Assembly (NCBI GenBank): GCA_963774265.1
Contig: CAVZDU010000009.1
Location: 75,144-139,143, forward strand
DNA from: an uncultured Chloroflexia bacterium
GTDB lineage: Bacteria > Chloroflexota > Anaerolineae > CG2-30-64-16
Length of the DNA: 64,000 nt
Direction of reading: 5' to 3'
Under the pieces are notes generated by a model that saw only the letters and a list, made by a program, of their open reading frames with translations, ran no database searches and had not been told where the DNA came from. Of the stretch, positions 42,162-53,214 are shown piece after piece. Both the position numbers and the translations under genes were made by a program. Numbering within the stretch: position 1 is the first letter of the stretch; each line of letters starts with the position of its first letter.

Positions 42162-42191
42162 AAAAAGAGGCCGGCCCCTTGCGGGGCCGGC
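42162..42191 (-). terminator. Intrinsic terminator after the fdhD/DinB-like pair
   Basis: GCCGGCCCC-GCAA-GGGGCCGGC + CTCTTTTT. Confidence 0.75.
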
Positions 42192-42221
42192 GCTGAGGAG
42201 ATCAGGGGGAGATAGTATGAA

Positions 42222-42707
42222 TCAGTCGCAGCCGTCCAGGCAGCGCTCCTGATAATTCTTCAAATCGGTCGCATGCTCCTGGTAGTGTTTTGACATAGAG
42301 TAGTAGAAATCCACCAGGGACATCTCAACGCCCCTGGGCTCCTTGCCCTTCTCGGTCAGCGCCTCATCCTCGGTCCGGTCCAGCTCGCGCATCAGGCGCC
42401 GATGCGCGGCCTTCAGGCCATCCACCACGCTGAGGAGGGGCAGCGTGGACCGCGCCTCCACTTGCTTCTCGTTCCACGCGTCATCGTACGTGACGCCTTC
42501 CTGCCATGGTCGTTTGCCATTCCAGGCGCCGGCCGTCACCACCGCTTCATCCACCCACACCCACACGTGGGCGACCACATCCTTCGCTGACCACTTTCCC
42601 ACCACTTCCGTGGCGGTCAATTCTTCTACGGTGAGGTGTCCCAGAGAGTCCATGAACAACTTGAAGCTGCGGTCAAGGGCCATCCAGGCATCATCACGGG
42701 TGTGCAT
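42222..42707 (-). CDS. DinB/DfsB-like four-helix bundle protein
   Basis: KWSAKDVVAHVWVW...HYQEHATDL. Confidence 0.75.
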   Translation of the reverse strand: MHTRDDAWMALDRSFKLFMDSLGHLTVEELTATEVVGKWSAKDVVAHVWVWVDEAVVTAGAWNGKRPWQEGVTYDDAWNEKQVEARSTLPLLSVVDGLKAAHRRLMRELDRTEDEALTEKGKEPRGVEMSLVDFYYSMSKHYQEHATDLKNYQERCLDGCD

Positions 42708-43482
42708 TGATCCCCACCTCCTCACTCTCGTCAAGTACACGGTCCAGCCCGGCGTACACGTTCAGGCTGTCTCGTCGTACATAACCCACAAGCGTCACGT
42801 TCCAGGCTGCGGCCAACGCGATGGACAGGGTCGTCGGCGAACTACGGCTGACGACTACCGGTGTCCGCATCTGGGCCGCCTTGTTAAGCATCTCCGAGCT
42901 GACGCGCCCTGTCGTAATCAGGATGCGCCCCTCGGTCGGAATCCCGTCGATCAGGCATCGCCCATACAGCTTGTCCAACGTATTATGCCGGCCCACATCC
43001 TCGCTGATTGCGAGCAATGATCCCCCCTCGGCCAGGGCGGACGTGTGACAGCCTCGAATACGCTGGCGTTGCTGCAATTGGAACAGCAATCCTCCCAGCT
43101 GCCGAACGGTGACCCGCAGATCGCTGATCAGCGGCTCACGCTCGGCCAACAAATCCGAAAAGGTGACGCCGCCGCCGCATCCGCTGGTGATGGTCATTTG
43201 CGGCGGCCGTTGCACCCCTGCATCCTTCAACCAGACCTCGACGCACGCGCCGCTGGGACAGACCACGATACGGCGCACGTCCGCCGGTCCGGCGATGATG
43301 CCCTCGCTCGCCAGAAAACCTAGTGCCAGGGCATCCAGGTCCTGGGGCGTGGCCATCATGCTGGCCCACTCGGCGCCATTGACGTGCAGGCGCACCAACC
43401 CCTCGTGCACGACGCCCCCGCTGGTCCCCATCAGGCGGCCATTCTCGTACCGCCGGAAAGAAACTTCGCGGCTTATCCCCAT
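42694..43482 (-). CDS. fdhD: Formate dehydrogenase accessory sulfurtransferase
   Basis: MMATPQDL..LALGFLASEG, TSGCGG, EDVGRHNTLDK, TGRVSSEM. Confidence 0.9.
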   Translation of the reverse strand: MGISREVSFRRYENGRLMGTSGGVVHEGLVRLHVNGAEWASMMATPQDLDALALGFLASEGIIAGPADVRRIVVCPSGACVEVWLKDAGVQRPPQMTITSGCGGGVTFSDLLAEREPLISDLRVTVRQLGGLLFQLQQRQRIRGCHTSALAEGGSLLAISEDVGRHNTLDKLYGRCLIDGIPTEGRILITTGRVSSEMLNKAAQMRTPVVVSRSSPTTLSIALAAAWNVTLVGYVRRDSLNVYAGLDRVLDESEEVGINAHP

Positions 43483-43665
43483 GCGCAGCAACTCGCGAAC
43501 ACGAACATGGGGCCATTATAGTCGCAAGCCCGGGGTTTCGCAAGAGATCACCCGATAATTTGACACAAGCGGTCAGGTTCGGGTATTAAAAAAGTGCAAT
43601 CCTGCGATACTGCCGGTTCTGCAATTGCGGCATGGATTGCCATTGACAGGAAAGGTGTAATAATC

Positions 43666-43956
43666 GTGAAGAAAGAGAAAGTCGCGAAGAGCAACAAATC
43701 ATCGGTGACGTTCGAGTTGCCCGCGGTGGAAGCGGGGACCGTATCCGTGGTCGGTGATTTCAACAAGTGGGATGCGGAGAGCGGGCTGATGAAGCAGCGC
43801 AAGGATGGCGCCTGGACAAAAGCCATCCGTCTGGACCCGGGCACGTACCGGTACCGCTTCGTGGCCGATGGGAACACATGGCACAACGACCCGGCCGCGG
43901 ATGGCTACGAGCCATCGGAGTTCGGCCAGGACAACTGCGTCGTAATCGTAGACTGA
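43666..43956 (+). CDS. Glycogen-binding (isoamylase early set/AMPK-beta CBM) protein
   Basis: VSVVGDFNKW...LDPGTYRYRFVADG.TWHNDP. Confidence 0.85.
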   Translation: MKKEKVAKSNKSSVTFELPAVEAGTVSVVGDFNKWDAESGLMKQRKDGAWTKAIRLDPGTYRYRFVADGNTWHNDPAADGYEPSEFGQDNCVVIVD

Positions 43957-43963
43957 TTCAGAC

Positions 43964-43996
43964 GATGACGGGCGGGCTTGTGTCCCGCCCGTCATC
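43964..43996. terminator. Hairpin between convergent genes
   Basis: GATGACGGGCGGG-N7-CCCGCCCGTCATC. Confidence 0.6.
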
Positions 43997-44005
43997 CTAG
44001 ATCCA

Positions 44006-44759
44006 CTACTTCTTCACCGCGCCCTGGGCCGCCACGGCCGCCGCGGCTTTCGCCACCGCCTCGGGATCGCCCAGGTAGTAGTGGCGGATCGGCTTCAGGT
44101 CATCGTCCAGCTCGTACACCAGCGGGATGCCGGTCGGGATGTTCAGCTCGACGATCTCATCGTCCGAGATGTTGTCCAGGTACTTGACCAGCGCGCGCAG
44201 GCTGTTGCCGTGCGCAGCGATGATCACACGCTTGCCCGACTTGAGCGCCGGCACGACGGTCTCGGCTGCCAGTAGGGCAGGAAGCGCGCCACCGTGTCCT
44301 TCAGACACTCGGTCAGGGGCAGCTCGTCCGGGGCCACATCAGCATAGCGCGGGTCATGGCCGGGCCAGCGTGGTCATCCTCGCGCGTCAGCGGCGGCGGC
44401 GGCACGTCGTACGAACGGCGCCACAGCTTCACCTGCTTCTCGCCGTACTGCTCGGCGGTCTGCGCCTTGTTCAGCCCCTGCAGCGCGCCATAGTGGCGCT
44501 CGTTGAGGCGCCAGGTCTTGATGACCGGGATCCACATCTGGTCCATCTCGTCGAGCGCGATCCACAGCGTGCGGATGGCGCGCTTGAGGACGGAGGTGTA
44601 GGCCACGTCGAACACGTAGCCGCCCTCGCGGAGCAGCTGGCCGGCCTCGTGCGCCTCGTGCACGCCCTTCTCCGAAAGATCGACGTCGGTCCAACCGGTG
44701 TACAGGTTCTCCTTGTTCCAGGTGCTCTCGCCGTGGCGGAGCAGCACAAGCTTGATCAT
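44006..44759 (-). CDS. gpmA: 2,3-BPG-dependent phosphoglycerate mutase (frameshifted)
   Basis: [42 protein letters not shown]. Confidence 0.95.
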
Positions 44760-44844
44760 GGTGATTCCATCCTGATCGTATGCAATGAAAATGCGGAAGG
44801 CTCAATGATCCGATTTCTGCCTTCCGCATTCTGACTTCTCCGAG

Positions 44845-44918
44845 TACCCCCGACTGGACTCGAACCAGTGGCCTAGGCGTTAGGAGTGCCTCGCTCTATC
44901 CACCTGAGCTACGGGGGC
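44845..44918 (-). tRNA. tRNA-Arg(CCT)
   Basis: GCCCCCG/CGGGGGT acceptor stem, CT-CCT-AA loop, ACTGG-TTCGAGT-CCAGT T arm. Confidence 0.9.
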
Positions 44919-44965
44919 GTGACCAGATCATAGCATACCGCGGCAACTGAGGCAATTTCGCGGCA

Positions 44966-45559
44966 CTACAGGACCTTGGACCCGGTCTTCGGCTGCGGCA
45001 CGGGCGATCGCAGATACCTCCGCACGCGCACAAATACAAACCCTCCGATGGCGCCCAGGACGAGGCCGTACCCGATGATGGAAGCCAGGGCGAAACCGTT
45101 CACCCACGAAAAGCTGCGCTGCCATTTCCAGATCGAGCCGTCGTCCAGGATGACAAGCTTGGCGTAGGTCTTCGACTCCTGGCACTGACCGACCGCCAGT
45201 GAGTGGGCAATGCCTCCGGGCAGGGGCGGCAATTGGGGCAGCTCCGGCGCGCACGTCAGCCAGCGCGGGGGCACCTTGTTCACCGGAATCTCGGCCGCGG
45301 TTACCTGCTCACACTTGTCGCGCCACGTCCCCCCGCTGCAGAAGAAAAGGTTGCCCGACTCCGTTCGCACGTACGGCTGCAGAAGGCGCGTGACGGCCAC
45401 GATCTCCACGGCTTTCTCGTCCGTAGGCGAAATGATCCTGAACCAGCGGTTGTCCCGGTTGAGGTACGCGTTCATAGCCGCCCCACAAAGGGCGGTGAAC
45501 GCCAATGTAACAAGGACAATAGTGAGGATCTCACCGCGGGTGAACGGGGTCTTCTTCAT
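44966..45559 (-). CDS. Hypothetical membrane protein (two TM helices, Cys-containing external loop)
   Basis: Clean ORF with AAGGA RBS. Confidence 0.6.
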   Translation of the reverse strand: MKKTPFTRGEILTIVLVTLAFTALCGAAMNAYLNRDNRWFRIISPTDEKAVEIVAVTRLLQPYVRTESGNLFFCSGGTWRDKCEQVTAAEIPVNKVPPRWLTCAPELPQLPPLPGGIAHSLAVGQCQESKTYAKLVILDDGSIWKWQRSFSWVNGFALASIIGYGLVLGAIGGFVFVRVRRYLRSPVPQPKTGSKVL

Positions 45560-45647
45560 CGGCGGTCCTTTCATGTCAGAGCGTGCCAATCATACCATAT
45601 GGCACGAAGTTGGCAACTCGAACATGACCGCCGTCACGTTCCCCCCA

Positions 45648-46628
45648 TCACGAGTGTTTTTTCCTCATGTAGAACAGGCTCTGAATTCCGATGAAGATCA
45701 GCGTGAGAACGCCCACGCCGATGCGGGTCCACCACGAACTCAGGGTGCCATTGAATTGGAGGATAGACACGATGGTGCCGTTGATCAAGACCCCGAACAG
45801 CGTGCCAATGACGTTCCCTACGCCGCCTGTCAACAGCGTGCCGCCGATCACCACCGAGGCAATCGCGTCCAGTTCCATTCCGGGGGCATAGCCTCCATAG
45901 CCTGAGAGCAGCGAAATACTCCATACAATCCCGGCTAAGGCCGAACAAAAACCGCTGAAGGCATAAACGATGATCTTTGTGCGCCCGACCGCCAAACCCA
46001 TCAACCTGGCGGATTGTTCGTTGTTGCCGATCGCATAGACCGTTCGACCGAAGCGTGTGAAAAATGACAGGTAGATCACCACTAACAGCAGCAGCGGGCC
46101 AACGAGGGAAGGAAGATACACATACGCTTTGGCAAACAAGGGAATCGGCACTTTCGTCAATGCCAGCATGCGATAAAACGGATTATTGATGGGCAAGCCT
46201 TCAAGGGTGATCACATAGGCCATGCCGCGAGCGAAAAAGAGGCCCATCAGGGTCACAATGAAGGGTTCCACTTTCAAGAAGTGGATGATGCACCCCAGGG
46301 TGAACCCAAAAGCGATGCCCATCAACAGCATCAAGGGCATCACGACCGCAGGACTTGTTCCCTTCGCCAGCAACGCGGCGGAGGCGGCGGAGGTCAGGGC
46401 GATCATGCCTGCCACGGAAAGGTCGATCCCTTTCGTCAGGATCACGAAAGTCATCCCGATGGAGACAATCATCAGGCTGGCCGTGTTGATGAACAGGTTG
46501 AAAAACACCTGCGGCTTCTGCATGGCCGGATACAAGCGGGTCCCCACAAAGTAGACCAGAATAAAGATGACGATCGTGGTCAGCATGGGGCCATTTTTCA
46601 GCAGGAAAGGCTTAATTCGCTGCGCCAT
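45648..46628 (-). CDS. Sugar ABC permease, YjfF-like
   Basis: VILTKGIDLSV, ELDAIASVVIGGTLLTGG, LSSWWTRI. Confidence 0.88.
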   Translation of the reverse strand: MAQRIKPFLLKNGPMLTTIVIFILVYFVGTRLYPAMQKPQVFFNLFINTASLMIVSIGMTFVILTKGIDLSVAGMIALTSAASAALLAKGTSPAVVMPLMLLMGIAFGFTLGCIIHFLKVEPFIVTLMGLFFARGMAYVITLEGLPINNPFYRMLALTKVPIPLFAKAYVYLPSLVGPLLLLVVIYLSFFTRFGRTVYAIGNNEQSARLMGLAVGRTKIIVYAFSGFCSALAGIVWSISLLSGYGGYAPGMELDAIASVVIGGTLLTGGVGNVIGTLFGVLINGTIVSILQFNGTLSSWWTRIGVGVLTLIFIGIQSLFYMRKKHS

Positions 46629-47692
46629 GTTGGGGCCCTTTCCGTTCAAGCAATCGATTCACAAGGCGACGGGCGTAATCGGAATAGAGCAGGATCACCA
46701 CCAGAACCAGCACGGCTCTGCCGGCCAATAGGGCATTCGCAGGCACCCCGAAGGTGTACATGGTGATGGTGAAGGTCCAAATGATCAGCGCGCCGATGAT
46801 GCTCGCGAAGAGTGAAAATCGCCCGCCCGTCATCAGCGTCCCGCCGATGACAACTGCTAGGATGGCATCCAGCTCATAGTTGAGGCCGTTGTTGTTGCCG
46901 TCTGCACTGTGGACGTAGGAGCTGAGTATCAAGCCCGGCGATGGCAGCGCAAAAGCCGCAGAAGGCATAAGCGAGCAATTTGACGTTCTTCTCGCTGATG
47001 CCGCTGTAATAGGTCGATTTGGCGTTGATTCCGACTGCTTCGATAAACAGGCCGATCGAGGTTTTTCGAACCAGCACCCAGGCCAGGACGAACACAAGGG
47101 CCACGATGTAGATAGATACTGGCAGCCCCAATATGAAACCATTTCCGAACCAGAAGTAGGGCGTGTAATAGATGGTCATGATTTGCCCATTCGTGATGAG
47201 TTGGGCGATGCCGCGGCCGGCCACCATCAGGATCAGCGTGGCCACCATCGGTTGGATCTTTCCCCTCGAAACCAGCAGCCCATTCCACAAACCACACAAA
47301 GTGCCGGCCGCCAGATCAGCCAGGATGATTAACGGCAATGGGGTATTGGTCATGTCTTTCGTGAGAATCTCATTGGAGATCAGTTTGTTGCCCAGGGCCG
47401 GATTGATCAGCACCGCACCCATGGCGGCTGAAATCGCGATCACCGCGCCAACCGAGAGGTCGATGCCTCCCGTAGCAATCACCAGGGTCATTCCGATCGC
47501 CACCAGCATCAGGGGCGCGGCATTGTTAACAACGTCAATCAGATTTCCGTATAGATGACCATCCAGGATTCCGACTTTGAAGAAGCCGGGGGCGAAAATG
47601 GCATCGGCAACGAAAATCAAAGCCAGCGCAACGAGGGGCCAGAACAGACGGTTCTCCCGAATACGTTTCAGCAAAGTGGTGTTAGCTTTCAT
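46612..47692 (-). CDS. Sugar ABC permease, YtfT-like (frameshift near 46930)
   Basis: GHLYGNLID, ATGGIDLSVG, ADGNNNGLNYELDAI. Confidence 0.88.
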
Positions 47693-49206
47693 AGATTGCC
47701 CGCCATTGTCTGAATGATGGTCTGGTCATCAACGTCGCCGGGGTACTCGGCAGCCTTCTTCTGGTCTCGCAGGACAATGATCCGATGGCTGGTGCGCAAC
47801 ACCTCTTCCAACTCCGAGGAGATGAATAAGCACGACTTGCCTTCGTCCGCCAGGTCCAGCACCAGCTTCTGGATTTCTGCTTTTGCTCCCACATCAATGC
47901 CTTTGGTGGGTTCATCCAGGATCAGGAATTGCGGGTTCGTGGCCAGCCAGCGCGCCAGAATGACCTTCTGCTGGTTTCCACCGCTCAGGTTCTTCACCAG
48001 TTGATCCGGTGAGGGGGTGCTGATCGCCAGCAGTTGAATGTATTTCTCGGCGATTTCGTATTGTTTTTGGATATTCAGATATTTGAACCATCCATAGCGC
48101 GCCTGCAGGGCCAGGATGATATTCTCGCGAATCGTCAGATCGCCAACGACCCCTTCCGCCTTGCGGTCTTCGGGGCACAAGGCAATCCCATTGCGGAGGG
48201 ATTCCAGGGGCGAGAAACGTTCGATCTTTTTGCCGCTCATCGTGAGCGAACCGGTGTCGGGAGTGTCCACGCCAAACAGCAGATTGGCCAATTCGGTGCG
48301 GCCGGAGCCCAACAGGCCAGCCACCCCCACTACCTCGCCGACGTTCAGCGCCACATCCACCGGTTCGAGGGAGCCCGCGCGGCCCAACCCCTTCGCCTCA
48401 AGCAGCGGCTCTTCTTCTTCGCCCTGCCCGCGCATAACCTTCGCCTTTGACACGGCGGCCAAATCGGTCAGGCTGCGTCCAAGCATTTTGGCAACCAGCT
48501 CGACGCGTGGCAGAGAGGCCGTATCATACGTGCCCACCAGTTTGCCGTTGCGGAGAACCGTGATTCGGTCGGCGATGCGGTAGACTTGATCCAAAAAGTG
48601 AGTGATGAATATGATGCCGATTCCTTCGGCCTTTAGTTTCCGCATCACATCAAAGAGCAGGTTGGTTTCTTTGGCGTCGAGACTGGACGTTGGCTCATCG
48701 AGGATCAGGATCTTGGCTGAGGAGATTTCCAGCGACCGGGCAATGGCCGTCATTTGCTGGATAGCGATTGAATAATTCCCGAGCGGCTGGGTCACATCGA
48801 TATCGACGGACAGTCTTTGCAGCGCCTGCCTGGCCTGGGCGTTGAGCTGTTTCCAATGGATGCTGCCAAAACGGCGAGGCTCATGCCCGAGCATGATGTT
48901 CTCGGCGACGGAGATATTGGTGCAGAGGTTGACTTCCTGGTAGACCGTTGAAATCCCAATCTCCTGGGCATGCTGAGGAGATTTCACCTCCACTATTTTT
49001 CCGTCATACTCAATGGAGCCTGTATCCGGGTGCTCCACCCCGGTCAGAGCCTTGATAAGCGTCGATTTTCCGGCCCCGTTCTCGCCGATCAGGGCATGGA
49101 TCTCACCCCGTTTCAAGGAGAAATCCACATTTTCCAGGGCCTGGACACCCGGGAAGCTTTTTGAAATGGCCTTCATGGTCAAGACAAAATCGTCTGCATT
49201 TGTCAT
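47689..49206 (-). CDS. Sugar ABC ATP-binding protein, YtfR-like (two NBDs)
   Basis: GENGAGKST, CPEDRKAEG, LSGGNQQK. Confidence 0.92.
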   Translation of the reverse strand: MTNADDFVLTMKAISKSFPGVQALENVDFSLKRGEIHALIGENGAGKSTLIKALTGVEHPDTGSIEYDGKIVEVKSPQHAQEIGISTVYQEVNLCTNISVAENIMLGHEPRRFGSIHWKQLNAQARQALQRLSVDIDVTQPLGNYSIAIQQMTAIARSLEISSAKILILDEPTSSLDAKETNLLFDVMRKLKAEGIGIIFITHFLDQVYRIADRITVLRNGKLVGTYDTASLPRVELVAKMLGRSLTDLAAVSKAKVMRGQGEEEEPLLEAKGLGRAGSLEPVDVALNVGEVVGVAGLLGSGRTELANLLFGVDTPDTGSLTMSGKKIERFSPLESLRNGIALCPEDRKAEGVVGDLTIRENIILALQARYGWFKYLNIQKQYEIAEKYIQLLAISTPSPDQLVKNLSGGNQQKVILARWLATNPQFLILDEPTKGIDVGAKAEIQKLVLDLADEGKSCLFISSELEEVLRTSHRIIVLRDQKKAAEYPGDVDDQTIIQTMAGNL

Positions 49207-49248
49207 GGGATCTACCCCTTGTGAAGGGTTTTACGCGGGTCTCTTAGC

Positions 49249-49280
49249 TGAGAAGCGGCGTCCTGGAACGCCGCTTCTCA
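49249..49280. other. Stem-loop after the SBP gene
   Basis: TGAGAAGCGGCGT-CCTGGA-ACGCCGCTTCTCA. Confidence 0.6.
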
Positions 49281-49333
49281 TTATAGTCCTCTTACATGCT
49301 GAGTGTCACGCGAAGCGCCGGAGCGCCGGGGCC

Positions 49334-50371
49334 CTAGTACTTGCGGGACGGCAGCAGTTCCGCGGCCTTGTCAGGGTAGTAGACGCTCTCGTCGGTGAGC
49401 GCTTCCTTGACAATTGTTTCACCGTTCATCAGCTTGAGGGCCAGATCCATGACCTGCGGGCCAAGCAGCGGGTTGCATTCGACGTCAGCCTGCAGCCAGC
49501 CGTCGATCATGAGCTGGAAGCCGCCACGGGTACCGTCAACCGAAACCATCTTGAGCTCGCCGGGTTTGATGCCGGCAGCCTTGATGGCTTCGACAGCGCC
49601 GATGGCCATGTCATCATTGTGGAAGAACACACCCTGGATCTGGCCGGCGTATTTCTTCAGGAAGGCTTCCATAACAGGCTTGCCTTCAGCACGGGTGAAG
49701 TTGCCGGTCTGGGAGTCCAGGATCTTGATGTTGGGGTTGAGGGCTTCGCGGAAACCCTTGGCGCGGCCGACTGCGGCGCCGGAACCGGTGGTGCCGGAGA
49801 GTTCAAGGATGTTGCCGCCGTTGGGGAGCATCTTGTTGAATTCTGCGGCAGCGCGTTTGCCTTCGATGACCATGTCAGAGCCAATGTGCGAGGCATACAT
49901 CGAGGGATCTGCCGTGACGGAGCGGTCGACAACGATGACCGGGATACCGGCATCCTTGGCTTCCTGAAGAACAGCATCCCAGCCGGTTTCAACCACGGGG
50001 GGCAGAGCGATGACATTCACACCCTGCTGGATGCAGGAACGAATGGCGGAGATCTGGTTTTCCTGCTTCTGCTGAGCATCGGAGAAGATCAGCTTGACGC
50101 CCAACTTTGCGGCGGTTTCTTTGAATGAAGCCGAGTTGGCAGTTCGCCAGTCGCTCTCCGCTCCCAATTGCGGGTAGCACAGAGTCATGTCTTTATAGGT
50201 CTTGGCGGCGGAGGCCACAGGGGCGGCGGAGGCCACAGGGGCTGCGGCTGCGGGCGCCTTGGTCGGCGCAGCGGCAGGCGCGGGCGCGGGCGCCACGGCT
50301 GGCGCGCATCCTGCCAATGTGCCGAAGATCAGTAGCGCTGCGATGAAAAACGTGACGGCTGAGGGTTTCAC
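49334..50371 (-). CDS. YtfQ-like (galactofuranose/arabinose-type) sugar-binding lipoprotein
   Basis: QLGAESDWRTAN, SDAQQKQENQI, VECNPLLGPQ, RKY end. Confidence 0.88.
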   Translation of the reverse strand: MKPSAVTFFIAALLIFGTLAGCAPAVAPAPAPAAAPTKAPAAAAPVASAAPVASAAKTYKDMTLCYPQLGAESDWRTANSASFKETAAKLGVKLIFSDAQQKQENQISAIRSCIQQGVNVIALPPVVETGWDAVLQEAKDAGIPVIVVDRSVTADPSMYASHIGSDMVIEGKRAAAEFNKMLPNGGNILELSGTTGSGAAVGRAKGFREALNPNIKILDSQTGNFTRAEGKPVMEAFLKKYAGQIQGVFFHNDDMAIGAVEAIKAAGIKPGELKMVSVDGTRGGFQLMIDGWLQADVECNPLLGPQVMDLALKLMNGETIVKEALTDESVYYPDKAAELLPSRKY

Positions 50372-50615
50372 TTCATTGTCTCCTTCTGTCTGCTTTTCTT
50401 GCTTGGGCTGTTTGCAGGGCGCATTTCTCCCGGTATGAAATGCAGTTCCCTTACATACATCGTACGCCTCCATCATAAGGAGAGTCAATGCTTTTTCTTT
50501 GGGAGGAAGGTGAGATTTATGCTGCGCCACACGATGAAGACCCAGGTCCTCAATTGAACCGGGTGAATATTCTTCAGGAGAAGTTAAATTTCTTTCGACC
50601 GGAACGCCGGGAAAC

Positions 50616-51623
50616 TCAATACTTACGAGTGGGCAGGATCTCTTTGGCGTTCTCCGGGAAAAACACGCCCTCCTCTGAGGGCACCCACTTGGGAACGGGT
50701 TCATCGTTGGCCACCTTTAGGGCCAGCTCCAGGAACTTGGGGCCCAGCAGCGGATTACACTCAACCGTGGCGTTCAACTTGCCGGCGATCATCGCCTCAA
50801 ATGCGCCGCGCGCTGCGTCGACCGAAACAATCTTGATGTCCACACCCGGCCTGAGGCCGTACGCTTCGATCGCCTTGATCGCCCCCAGCGCCATGTCGTC
50901 GTTATGCGCGTAAAGCGCGGTGATTGAGCTTGCCGTGCTTCTTCAAGAAGGACACCATCACCTCCTTGCCCTGGGCAACCGTAAAATCACCGGAACGCGA
51001 ATCGATGATCTCCATACCCGGATGGTCCTGCAGGATCTCCCTGAAACCCTTGTAGCGATCGTTGGCGGGCGCGGAATCGATCGTGCCCACCAGTTCGACG
51101 ATGCGGGCCTGGCCGTTTGTCAGTTCGGCCATGATCCGCGCCGCCTTGCGGCCCTCTTCGAGGAAGTCCGAGCCCATCAGAGTCGCGTAGAGGTCCGGGG
51201 GGACGTCCGCGCGGCGGTCGACCAGGATAATCGGGATGCCCGCGTCCTTGGCTTCCCTGAACACCTCATCCCACCCGGTCTCCGTCAACGGCGCAACCCC
51301 GATCACGTCCACTCTTTGGGCGATCAACGAGCGAATGGCCCTGATCTGGTTTTCCTGCTTCTGTTGCGCGTCCGAGAATTTGAGCTCGACCCCCAACGCT
51401 TCCGCGGCTTCCTTGACAGAGACGGTGTTGGCAGAGCGCCATTCGCTCTCGGCACCAAGCTGGACATACCCAACGATCAGGTCCTGATAGGTCATTTGGG
51501 GCTTGGTTTGCGCTGGGGTCGTGGCCTGTCCGGCGGTGGGCGGCGGAGCGCCGCGCTCACAGCCCGCGACCGCAAGAAGCATGGCGAGTATCGCTGCCCA
51601 GACAAGCCCTTCGCGCCCTTCAT
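50616..51623 (-). CDS. Second YtfQ-like binding lipoprotein co-transcribed with the two-component system (frameshifted)
   Basis: QLGAESEWRSAN, SDAQQKQENQI, VECNPLLGPK. Confidence 0.82.
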
Positions 51624-51639
51624 CGCCCCCACCTCGCCC

Positions 51640-53214
51640 TTACTCCCCTTCTCGTCGCGCCGGAATGACGATGGAGACACACGTTCCGGCCTGGTAGTCG
51701 CTCTCGATGGAAACTCCGTACTGTTTGCCGTAGTACAACCGGATTCGCTTGTTGACGTTGTCGATCCCAAACCCGCTTTCCAACCTGATATCGCCGGAAT
51801 CGTCATTCAGCTCCTCCTGGAGCTGCGCCAGCTTTTCGGGGGTGAAGCCGATCCCGTTGTCCTCGACTTGGAGCAGGACCTCGTCCCGGCTCCTCTGCTT
51901 GGCGCGCACCACGATGGTGCCACCCTGCCGCTTGTTCTTGATGCCGTGATACAACGCGTTCTCGACGAGCGGCTGCAGGATCAGCTTCAGGATCGAATTG
52001 CTCGCCACACCTTCATCCATCTCGATTCGGAAGTCCAGGATGTCGCGATAGCGCATCTTCTGGATTGTCAGATAGCTCCTGGTCCGCTCGACTTCCTCCC
52101 CGACGGTAATCCAATCTCGACCCTTGCTGAGGCTGAGCCTGAAGAAACTCGACAGCGCCCTGACGATCTCAATCACCTGATCGGTCTTCTTGGACTCCGC
52201 CATCCAGATGATCGTGTCCAGGGTGTTGTAGAGAAAATGCGGGTTGATCTGCGCTTGCAGCGCTCGCAGCTCGGCCTTCTTCAGGTTCTCTTGCTCCTTA
52301 ACCTTGGCATCGAGCAGCTCCCGGATTCTGCCGACCATGATGTTGAAGCTCAAGCCCAGCTCAGTGATCTCATCCACGTTGTCATGCGTCACCAGCGCCT
52401 GCAAGTCGTTCCTGGTGATGGTCGTGGTCATGTCGTGGAGCTTCTTGATGGGGATGTAAATACCTCTGGAGATGACCCAGGCGGCCACAACAGAAAAAAC
52501 AATCGCCGCGGACATCAAGACAAAGTAGAGGATCTCCCATTGCCTGAAACCTTCGCGCACCTGTTGGTATTGGGTGCTGGTTCGCTGCACCTCGAACAGG
52601 GCATAGTCCTGGACTACCTCCTCCACCACGCCTGAGACAAACCGGATATTTTCCAGGACCGCCTCGTTTTCTGCTGTTGTGCTGCCCCTTACGATCTGCT
52701 GCCCCATTCGGTTGACTTCGTAGGTCAGCGTCAGCATGGTCCTCAGGATTCCCTCCAGCTTGACCCTGGCGCGTGGCGAGTCGGTGTTCTCCATCATCTG
52801 CCGCAGCGTGGCGTTCACATCATTGATGACATCGTACTGCTTGCCTGCCGTGAACTCGATCTTGCCGGCCACGATCCGCCACATTTCGGTGTCGATATCA
52901 GCTTTGATGTGTCCGCTGATGCTGTTCGCGGCTGTAATGTTGGCGATGATCGCGTCATACTGGCGGCTGTAGTTCAACACCTGCACCACCAGCAAGACAT
53001 TGGTGATGCTCATGATCAGGATCACGATGCCCAGTGAAAGCAGAATCTTTGACCGCACGGACAGATTGATCCTGGAAGCCAGATTCACAAGTGGGCCAGA
53101 AAACCCGCGCAGAGTCCGGCGCACCAAACCCAGCGTCGCATCCGGCCGGGAGGACGTATCGGTATAGACTGTCGCAGCGGCTTTTCTCACCGTACCAGGT
53201 CCCTCACACCGCAT
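51640..53214 (-). CDS. LytS/YesM-type sensor histidine kinase (start uncertain)
   Basis: Two TM helices, HAMP, ALQAQINPHFLYNTL, LQPLVENAL, DNGIGF. Confidence 0.9.
   Translation of the reverse strand: MRCEGPGTVRKAAATVYTDTSSRPDATLGLVRRTLRGFSGPLVNLASRINLSVRSKILLSLGIVILIMSITNVLLVVQVLNYSRQYDAIIANITAANSISGHIKADIDTEMWRIVAGKIEFTAGKQYDVINDVNATLRQMMENTDSPRARVKLEGILRTMLTLTYEVNRMGQQIVRGSTTAENEAVLENIRFVSGVVEEVVQDYALFEVQRTSTQYQQVREGFRQWEILYFVLMSAAIVFSVVAAWVISRGIYIPIKKLHDMTTTITRNDLQALVTHDNVDEITELGLSFNIMVGRIRELLDAKVKEQENLKKAELRALQAQINPHFLYNTLDTIIWMAESKKTDQVIEIVRALSSFFRLSLSKGRDWITVGEEVERTRSYLTIQKMRYRDILDFRIEMDEGVASNSILKLILQPLVENALYHGIKNKRQGGTIVVRAKQRSRDEVLLQVEDNGIGFTPEKLAQLQEELNDDSGDIRLESGFGIDNVNKRIRLYYGKQYGVSIESDYQAGTCVSIVIPARREGE

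Noticed and set aside
44875-44897. A31-C39 mismatch in the tRNA-Arg(CCT) anticodon stem as a sign of editing or an intron
   Set aside because: Single mismatch in an otherwise normal-length tRNA; may be tolerated or a base-call error.
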